From positions 1-64,000 of IMG/VR virus record IMGVR_UViG_3300035661_000009: DNA of 64,000 nucleotides. One strand, given 5' to 3'. The notes under the pieces were generated by a model. That model did no database searches, was not told the DNA's origin, and saw nothing but the letters and a program-made list of their open reading frames with translations. The translations under genes and the position numbers were made by a program. Position 1 is the stretch's first letter; each line of letters starts with the position of its first letter. Of this stretch, positions 9,176-16,179 are shown one piece after another. Source of the stretch: a virus.

Positions 9176-9637
9176 TTACATGTCGCCTAGGTCTTTCCAG
9201 TATAGGTCGCTTAGAACATAAGTAGGAGTACCGGTAATATCTGATACAGTAGGGATCGCACCGTTAGCGCGTATATAAACTTCAACGCGGACATGTTGTT
9301 GAGCTAGTTCTAGGAAAACGCGGTTCTTTACAACTTCAGCTACTAGCGAAACGCCAGTTAGACCAGCGGCTTGCTCTAGAACTACTTGAGCAATATGTGG
9401 ACCATACGAGTCTTGAGCAACGCCAACTGAGTTAAACCCAATTGAAGGCATTTCAATTATACGGATTACGACGTTATTTTCGCCAGTAGCGGGGGTGCCG
9501 TCGTTTACTGAAACTACAGGAAAACCTGAAGAATCTAGTGATTCAATTACTGATAAAATCGGGGTCTCTTGCATGCGTAGAGTTAGCTTTTGTGCAAGGG
9601 TACGTGATAAAACTAGTGCTTTCTTAAGTGTGGACAT
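9176..9637 (-). CDS. Putative head structural protein
   Basis: 153 aa; AGGAG RBS; N-terminal LKKA site; first gene ahead of scaffold and capsid genes. Confidence 0.55.
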   Translation of the reverse strand: MSTLKKALVLSRTLAQKLTLRMQETPILSVIESLDSSGFPVVSVNDGTPATGENNVVIRIIEMPSIGFNSVGVAQDSYGPHIAQVVLEQAAGLTGVSLVAEVVKNRVFLELAQQHVRVEVYIRANGAIPTVSDITGTPTYVLSDLYWKDLGDM

Positions 9638-9743
9638 TATTGTCTCCTAAAGGGCTATCGCCCGGTGCAACGAAAATTTTAATTACATATAAAGTATTGG
9701 TATCTTTGGAGAACACGCAAAATCGCGAATCAATCTTTTATGC

Positions 9744-10157
9744 ATGGAAATGTTCAAATGTTCAAGATGTGAAGTAACTAAGTCGAGAGACAAGTTCCAT
9801 GAAGTAACTGATAAAAATAGAAATAGACCAGTTACTTCATGGTGTGCGGATTGTCGCAAGACAGCAGATAGAAGCCGAGAGCTTTTTAATTTTGCTTTTA
9901 AAAAATATGGCCAAATCTGTATTTATTGTAAATACCCCAAAAAGAACACCTATCGAGGAGTTTGTAAGAAATGTATGAAAAAGCAGGGCCTAAAAGAATG
10001 TAAACGATGCAAGACAATCCTTTTATTGGCTTTTGATTTTTGGGAAAAGAAAGGGGCTTGTAAACACTGCTTAAGAGAGCAATGGCGAGAAGAAGCTATT
10101 TTAAAGGGTGTTGGAGCTTTAAGCCGCGGGGAACAATTGTCTCAAGATAGGTCTTAG
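9744..10157 (+). CDS. Cys-rich zinc-finger protein (six CxxC), antisense to head operon
   Basis: CSRC, CADC, CIYC, CKKC, CKRC, CKHC; no recognisable HNH catalytic motif. Confidence 0.65.
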   Translation: MEMFKCSRCEVTKSRDKFHEVTDKNRNRPVTSWCADCRKTADRSRELFNFAFKKYGQICIYCKYPKKNTYRGVCKKCMKKQGLKECKRCKTILLLAFDFWEKKGACKHCLREQWREEAILKGVGALSRGEQLSQDRS

Positions 10158-10794
10158 ATTTTTCTAATGGTCGCCAATCATCTGGCGGAGCTTCGTGCAA
10201 CTTAGATACATGAATAAACGGCTCTTTGCCTAAATCAAAATGCTTAACCCTTTGGCTGTTTATCATTCCACCAAGAATATCCTTTGCTTCTTGCAATGCT
10301 TGTTCTGCTTGTCCCGGAGAATAGCCAATGCCTACAGAAACGGTGAATTTATGGTTGGTTCCAGACAATACTTCTGTTTCATCTAGCTTTTGTTCTAATT
10401 CTTTAGTAAATCCAAGGGCTTCTTGTGGAGATTTAAATATAATTCTGCTTTTATCCCCACTAACTCTAAAGGCATGAACCTTATATTTCTTAGATAATTC
10501 TAGTATTGAATTAAACATTAGCGAAACGCCTTCATCTCCCATTAATTGGCCATGGGTGTCGCTTAATGCTCCGACCGAATTACCATCAATAGTTACGTGA
10601 ACGCCTGAATTTTTATTAAAAGCCACGAATTTCTTGTAAGAAAATAGATTCCCAAAGTCTGGAAACTGACTATCCTTTTCGATATGATCAGGAAACTCAG
10701 GCTCGGCTGGTTTTTCATAGATAGGCAAGGAAGGATCCATCTTTTGAAGATTTTCCATTCCCTTAAGTAGTTCGAAGTAGTCTTCATTAAACAT
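10096..10794 (-). CDS. GGDEF-fold protein with degenerate active site (SGDKS)
   Basis: Colinear GGDEF landmarks: KD......GN, TIDGN, LSDTHGQLMGD, FRVSGDKS, TVSVGIG, AEQALQEAK. Confidence 0.8.
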   Translation of the reverse strand: MFNEDYFELLKGMENLQKMDPSLPIYEKPAEPEFPDHIEKDSQFPDFGNLFSYKKFVAFNKNSGVHVTIDGNSVGALSDTHGQLMGDEGVSLMFNSILELSKKYKVHAFRVSGDKSRIIFKSPQEALGFTKELEQKLDETEVLSGTNHKFTVSVGIGYSPGQAEQALQEAKDILGGMINSQRVKHFDLGKEPFIHVSKLHEAPPDDWRPLEKSKTYLETIVPRGLKLQHPLK

Positions 10795-11240
10795 TAGAAC
10801 TTCTCCATTTTATACTTGCCTAGTTGTACTTGTGCAAATAGCTCTTTTAATTCGTCTTTAGAAATTTGCTTCCCACCAAATATGGTGTTTATTCCGTATA
10901 TTTCAAGTATTTTAGGCTGATCTATCCCATTCCACACAAAATACTTGGCGTCTGGGTCTACATCGCCAAGACTCATTTCAGGAATAACGTCGTCGTGAGC
11001 CCCTTCATTGGCTTGTTTATCAGAAATGACTTTAAAATACGGTGTGTGGCAAAGATGGAATATCTTTTTTGATATTTCTGGAGTTATTGGACCTTCTATT
11101 ACATCTTCCATCAAATTATCGTGATCTTCTAATATGTAGAATTTACCGTTTTTAATAAAAAACTTAGACACTTGTCTTTCTACGGGTTTGCCGTATCCTG
11201 ATTTAATGCTATAGACTCTATAAATTCCGTCTTTTAACAT
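10794..11240 (-). CDS. Hypothetical protein between protease-kinase and GGDEF genes
   Basis: 148 aa; AGGAG RBS; TAATG coupling to the GGDEF gene. Confidence 0.7.
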   Translation of the reverse strand: MLKDGIYRVYSIKSGYGKPVERQVSKFFIKNGKFYILEDHDNLMEDVIEGPITPEISKKIFHLCHTPYFKVISDKQANEGAHDDVIPEMSLGDVDPDAKYFVWNGIDQPKILEIYGINTIFGGKQISKDELKELFAQVQLGKYKMEKF

Positions 11241-11248
11241 TTAGACTC

Positions 11249-13246
11249 CTAGACCCCGTAGTTCTTATGTGCCGACAAGATATCGCCCATACTGTTCTGA
11301 CCCAATACTGAGGTAGATTGCATTGCTAGTAGTCTTTTAACTGCCTTTTCTACTAATGTCGGGTGGATCTTGCTTTCTTCTAGTTGGCGCTTTAATTCAA
11401 ATGGATCTAAACCTACTAGCCATTTCTTAGCTTCAGGGTGAATGTTTTTTTCATAAATATTTTTACCCTTAATTCTTGCATAATCTTCCAAATATGATGG
11501 AATCTCGTCCTTGTTGTAGTCAAAGGTAAGTGCGTTATCAATAAGCATTACTTTGTTATTACGTTTATCAATCATGTAGTTAGTTTTGTTTCTATCTCTG
11601 TTGCCTAGAACCGTGTCCATAATGGCCATTTTATCTAATTGACCGGTAACCCCTTCTTTATGCAATATTGGACGAGTAGCCGCTGAAGGAGAATCTGGGT
11701 GAAAATGAACCGCTTCAGGCAAGACTTCCATTGCTGAATGTTCTTTGCCACCTTCTGGGTGAGAAAAGAGGGTTGTCGTAGGAACGTTGTCTATACCGAA
11801 AAATCCCTTTGATAAGTTATGGAATATAACCTCTCTTGCTGCCGTCGAAGGTTTTATTTCTTTATCTGGCTCATCCTCATAATCTACGCTTGGCTTTACG
11901 TGGGCAGTTTTGCCGCTGGCTGACTTGTACCAACCATAAGCTGCGTCTTTGTCTTTAATATGCCAAGTGGAAGTTCTTGGATGATCTACAGATTCTTGTT
12001 TAATGTCAATTCCGTGAATTAAATCTTTTTGTTCATGCGTCTTTGTGTGATCAAGACTTGAATGTTTACCACCATCTACATATAAAGCTTCATGAACCTC
12101 TTCTGGCATCTTTATAATAGCGAAGTGACTGCCTTCTTGTTTTCTATTGATCTTATTTATATTGACTTCACTCTGATCGCCTGCTTTGGGTGGTTTTACG
12201 TGAACGTGAGTGTCGTCAACATGAAGCAATTTAAGCTTACTTCCCTTAAATGGCCCGCCAATTAGCTCGATTTCTCCGGGCTTAACCATTTTATCTTTAT
12301 ATTTGATAGCACCTTTTTCTGCTTTTGGCAAATCCGATAATCCATCTTCCTCACTCTTGCGAAATTGGATTTCATTAACCATATCTGAATATTTATCCAA
12401 ATACTTGTCGGCAACATCTGGTAATGAATGTTTAAGAAACTTCTTAAGATAAGGCTTGAACGGCATTTTACCATCATAATCTCTAGCCGCAGCTAGTAAT
12501 TGATTTTTAAAGAACTTCTTTTTTCCAATTACATCTTCTACGGCTAAAGCAGAGCCGCCAGTTAATGAACCGGGAGCGGCATCGCCGCCGCCGAGAGTTA
12601 ACGTCTTTTCTAGAGCTACATCTACCATTTCATATTCCATCTCACTAATGGCAATATATTTTTCGCTCTTTTGAACATCGACCCCAACTTGCTTAACCTT
12701 AGGTTCTGAAACTAGGTTACTAAAACTGCTACGATTACAAGGCTTGATAGTTGCAGCTACTCGACGAGCAATAGTCTTTAATAGATAGTTGCCGTTTCTA
12801 TCAATGGTGCTTCCTTCAATACTGTATCTAATAACAATTGGCAAGCCACGACGATGATAATGTTTAATCATAGCGGCGGCGTCTTTTGCGTTACTATGCC
12901 CTTCTTTGTCAAATAATTCAGAAGCTCCGTAGATAAATGGGAGTTTAATTTCATTCCAAAGCTTAAGCTCTCTCTCAGATTCACAATCTTCTTCGCCAAA
13001 TATTTTCTTAGCGAAGATAATTCTTCCTATGATTACAGAGAAGGTGGCTGATTCTTTTTTGTCTGGATTATTGTGCTCTGTATTCAAAATGCCATCTTCA
13101 TTTAATGATGATATATCAGCGCCCTTAACGCTGATAATTTCTCCTGAAGTATCAATGGCTTCTGTAGCAAAAGCACCATCTATAACGGTGCCATGATCTG
13201 GATAGCGAAGCGCTTCCTCTATTTTAGGATGGAATTTGACTAACAT
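11249..13246 (-). CDS. Prohead protease fused to KOW-like domain and C-terminal HipA/PI4K-like kinase
   Basis: N-terminal DTSGE, LNTEH (His), YSIEG (Ser), VAATIKPCN, directly after portal; middle IGGPFKG; C-terminal HVKP, AAREV, VPTT, MDTVLGNRDRNKTNY, LIDNALTF. Confidence 0.85.
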   Translation of the reverse strand: MLVKFHPKIEEALRYPDHGTVIDGAFATEAIDTSGEIISVKGADISSLNEDGILNTEHNNPDKKESATFSVIIGRIIFAKKIFGEEDCESERELKLWNEIKLPFIYGASELFDKEGHSNAKDAAAMIKHYHRRGLPIVIRYSIEGSTIDRNGNYLLKTIARRVAATIKPCNRSSFSNLVSEPKVKQVGVDVQKSEKYIAISEMEYEMVDVALEKTLTLGGGDAAPGSLTGGSALAVEDVIGKKKFFKNQLLAAARDYDGKMPFKPYLKKFLKHSLPDVADKYLDKYSDMVNEIQFRKSEEDGLSDLPKAEKGAIKYKDKMVKPGEIELIGGPFKGSKLKLLHVDDTHVHVKPPKAGDQSEVNINKINRKQEGSHFAIIKMPEEVHEALYVDGGKHSSLDHTKTHEQKDLIHGIDIKQESVDHPRTSTWHIKDKDAAYGWYKSASGKTAHVKPSVDYEDEPDKEIKPSTAAREVIFHNLSKGFFGIDNVPTTTLFSHPEGGKEHSAMEVLPEAVHFHPDSPSAATRPILHKEGVTGQLDKMAIMDTVLGNRDRNKTNYMIDKRNNKVMLIDNALTFDYNKDEIPSYLEDYARIKGKNIYEKNIHPEAKKWLVGLDPFELKRQLEESKIHPTLVEKAVKRLLAMQSTSVLGQNSMGDILSAHKNYGV

Positions 13247-15150
13247 TATCGACCCTTAATTAGTTTTAATGCCTTTTCAATAGAAGCTCTTTCACCTTTG
13301 CTTAACTCTGATCGGGTAAGTAGGCTTTCTAATTGATTAACTCCGGTCATTAATTCATTACCTTGAGAATTAGCTTGTTGTGTTTTTTGTTGCTCTTGTT
13401 GCTGAAGCTGTTGTTGTTGTTGCATTTGTTGCTCAGCCATCTTCTTTTGTTCTTCTTGTTGTTGTCGAGCTTCAATTAACTGCTTTTGAGTAAACCAGAA
13501 TTGATCTCGACGATAGCCATTCATTGGGTCTTTTTTAGCTTCTTTGTCGTCAAAGAAATATTCTTTAATTTCTCCAACAGTAAAATAATTGTCAAGAATC
13601 TTCTGGAACATTTCGTTAAATGGAAATTCGCCGCCCATTTTACGACCGACTTTGGGCTTTTCTACCTTTTCAAGTATTTCGTCCATCGTGCCCCAGATAG
13701 GAGCCCACTCTTGAATAGCGGTTCTTTCTTTTTCAGGAGAATCGGTTTCTAATCCGTGGAATCTAACAGTACAATATTCGGCTAATTCTTTATCTATTAA
13801 TGGAAGAATCTTAGTTGAAAGGAAGTCTTGTAAGTGTGAAAGCAATGGACGGATGCCTACGTCTCTATGCGCTTCAAGCTTGTATTCATTATTTGATTCT
13901 GATAAAGTCTGGGTGTTAGTACCCTTTGACAAATGTGAATAAGCAGGAACTTCGTCTGGCGACATTTGGAACGCAGCTAAGACTACACGACAATTACTAT
14001 CATATAGGTATTGGAATTCCATATCTCTTGAAGCTCCATCCATGGGAGCCCAAGTTACCTTATCTTCTTTACCTACTTTAATTACTGGAGTTTTCCACGA
14101 ATTGCTTACGCTGTTAATAGCCGCATTGAATTGCTGCTTAAGATCTGCTAAGGTGCTAGGGTCTACCTCATCTGAGCTAATAACCATCATGCCCTTCGCT
14201 GCACGTCCGTTTTGGAAATAAAGCTTATTGTGGTTAGTTATATTAATATGGGTAGTTATTGCAGCGAATGCAACATCGATTGGCGTAATTGGATACCCAT
14301 TATTTTCAATATCGGTCGATGGATAGCAGTTCCTTACTATTAACTCATCGGCCTCAAATCCTTGGGCTGGTGTTCCGTTAATTACTTGAAAGAATTTATA
14401 ATCATCAGCTTTGAACTTCTTAGGGTCAAGCTTGAGATTTTTCTGTTCAGAAATTACCCTAATCGCTTCTTTTCTAATGTTCGCATCTATACTGTCGGTA
14501 GGAACTGCGCGATAAACAGTGCCAGCGTCAACTGGCCTAAAAGCATAAAAACCGTTTTTATTGCCCTGGGTGTCTCGTTTGTGAATAACTTCGGTGGCGA
14601 ACCTTCCAAATAATAAGGCGTTTCGAGCGGTTAGATACAAGAAGGTTGATAAGCTCATCATGTCGTCTTCGTCTGTATCTTCTGTATGGCCACAGGTCAA
14701 AAGGATTTCTTGAGCCTTGTCCATTCTGATTCGAAGCTCTTTTGCTTTTTCTTTATCTAAATGCTTGAATTTATGTGGCTTAGGATCTACTCTAAATCCC
14801 CACTCAAAACGATCTTCCAATATTTGACCGAATACAGCACTTTGGTTTGCACGAATATGTAAAATGTTGGCGATCAAATCATCCGTCACTGAAACGCGCT
14901 TTAACAAAATATCGGGTAATTGACCTACTTTGTCATAGAAAATACCCATAAAGCGATTTACGCTCTTTGGATCCTCTTCTAAAGCTAGTCGTTGGATTTT
15001 GTTAGATTTAGTGATACTTGTTAATATGCTCTTAATTAGCGGAGTTACGTTAGGTAACTCGATGTTTTCGCCATCTTCATATTTAGCAAGCACATCTGGT
15101 GTGATTTGATTATCGAGAGCTTCGAATTCAAATCGGGGCTTTTTGGACAT
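13246..15150 (-). CDS. Portal protein
   Basis: RPVDAGTV, GYPITPID, YFQNG..AKG, NSWKTP, DMEF, AAFQMSPDEV, GIRPLL; position between terminase and protease; poly-Q C-terminal tail. Confidence 0.9.
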   Translation of the reverse strand: MSKKPRFEFEALDNQITPDVLAKYEDGENIELPNVTPLIKSILTSITKSNKIQRLALEEDPKSVNRFMGIFYDKVGQLPDILLKRVSVTDDLIANILHIRANQSAVFGQILEDRFEWGFRVDPKPHKFKHLDKEKAKELRIRMDKAQEILLTCGHTEDTDEDDMMSLSTFLYLTARNALLFGRFATEVIHKRDTQGNKNGFYAFRPVDAGTVYRAVPTDSIDANIRKEAIRVISEQKNLKLDPKKFKADDYKFFQVINGTPAQGFEADELIVRNCYPSTDIENNGYPITPIDVAFAAITTHINITNHNKLYFQNGRAAKGMMVISSDEVDPSTLADLKQQFNAAINSVSNSWKTPVIKVGKEDKVTWAPMDGASRDMEFQYLYDSNCRVVLAAFQMSPDEVPAYSHLSKGTNTQTLSESNNEYKLEAHRDVGIRPLLSHLQDFLSTKILPLIDKELAEYCTVRFHGLETDSPEKERTAIQEWAPIWGTMDEILEKVEKPKVGRKMGGEFPFNEMFQKILDNYFTVGEIKEYFFDDKEAKKDPMNGYRRDQFWFTQKQLIEARQQQEEQKKMAEQQMQQQQQLQQQEQQKTQQANSQGNELMTGVNQLESLLTRSELSKGERASIEKALKLIKGR

Positions 15151-15153
15151 AAA

Positions 15154-16143
15154 TTACTCCGCTGACATTATAACAATATTTAAAGGATTTGTGGTCGAAC
15201 GGTTAACTACGTCCAATTGCCAACATGGACCGGGGCCTTTTTCGAACCAACCTACTTGACTACCAATACTTGATGTTATAGTGTCTAATCTAAGCGAACT
15301 ACCTGTATCGCCATTTAATCGTAAAACGGCTTGTTGATCTACTTCTACTCTAAGAAATCTTTTGGTCTTTGAATAAATGACTAATCCAGTCGCCGTAGGC
15401 GCTACGCCAGTTTCTAATGGAAGGGCTGACGTACTGATGAATTCTATCCAACTCGGGGTTACGGCAGTAATTACATAAGCTTTTCTAGTTACTGCGCTGA
15501 ATCCAGACGATATTTCTACTGTTGAGCCAACTTGAACCAAATCTGAGCTAAAAACTTGGAATTGAGTGTCTGTGATGGGGGTTTGAGCTTCTGCTACACC
15601 AGAAAAAGCTACTCCCGTTTGCCTTACTGCTGTTAATTGAGTCGTCGAAACGCCAATTATTGTCCATAATCCACCGTTTACAACGCTAAATGGGCTAAGT
15701 AAGGAGGCGTCTCCGGTTAAGGTCGTAGGCAGGAATAATGTATCTCCAGTCTGTACAGCGCCAAATATAGCAGAACCAGCCGTAAATGTAGCTGTTGCGT
15801 TGTTATTTATAGCTATAGTTACTAAAACACCTGAAACCGCAACGGTACGAGCAGTTCTAAATACAGGAGCAGTCCCACTAGTGTTAGTAATGCGGTAAGT
15901 TGAGGTTAAGTAAGGATTTAAAGCGATACTAAATAACGATGTATTGTCTATAGAAGTAGCCTGAGCTCCGGTAAATATATTAAGAGTTTGGCCTGGAAGT
16001 AGCTTAACTCGTGACATACTAGGATTAGTTACGGAAATACTTAAGACGTTACGTTTCCAGTCAATAAACCTTTGTTGGGGGTTATTTGTGGCGGTTGCGT
16101 CATCATAAATGTTTACCGTTGATAAAGAATTAAGAAGGGACAC
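15154..16143 (-). CDS. Putative virion structural protein (T/S-rich, beta-rich)
   Basis: 329 aa; GTG start with GGAG RBS; late-promoter motif upstream. Confidence 0.55.
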   Translation of the reverse strand: MSLLNSLSTVNIYDDATATNNPQQRFIDWKRNVLSISVTNPSMSRVKLLPGQTLNIFTGAQATSIDNTSLFSIALNPYLTSTYRITNTSGTAPVFRTARTVAVSGVLVTIAINNNATATFTAGSAIFGAVQTGDTLFLPTTLTGDASLLSPFSVVNGGLWTIIGVSTTQLTAVRQTGVAFSGVAEAQTPITDTQFQVFSSDLVQVGSTVEISSGFSAVTRKAYVITAVTPSWIEFISTSALPLETGVAPTATGLVIYSKTKRFLRVEVDQQAVLRLNGDTGSSLRLDTITSSIGSQVGWFEKGPGPCWQLDVVNRSTTNPLNIVIMSAE

Positions 16144-16160
16144 GAGTTTTCTCCATGAAC

Positions 16161-16171
16161 AAAGATTGTTA
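16161..16171 (-). promoter_or_regulatory. Putative phage late promoter TAACAATCTTT
   Basis: Identical to 2762-2772; heads the portal/protease operon. Confidence 0.55.
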
Positions 16172-16179
16172 CTAATCGG

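Noticed and set aside
13370-13470. Poly-Gln tract in the portal C-terminus, and the 36-bp repeat in the scaffold gene
   Set aside because: Low-complexity linkers are common in head proteins of large phages.
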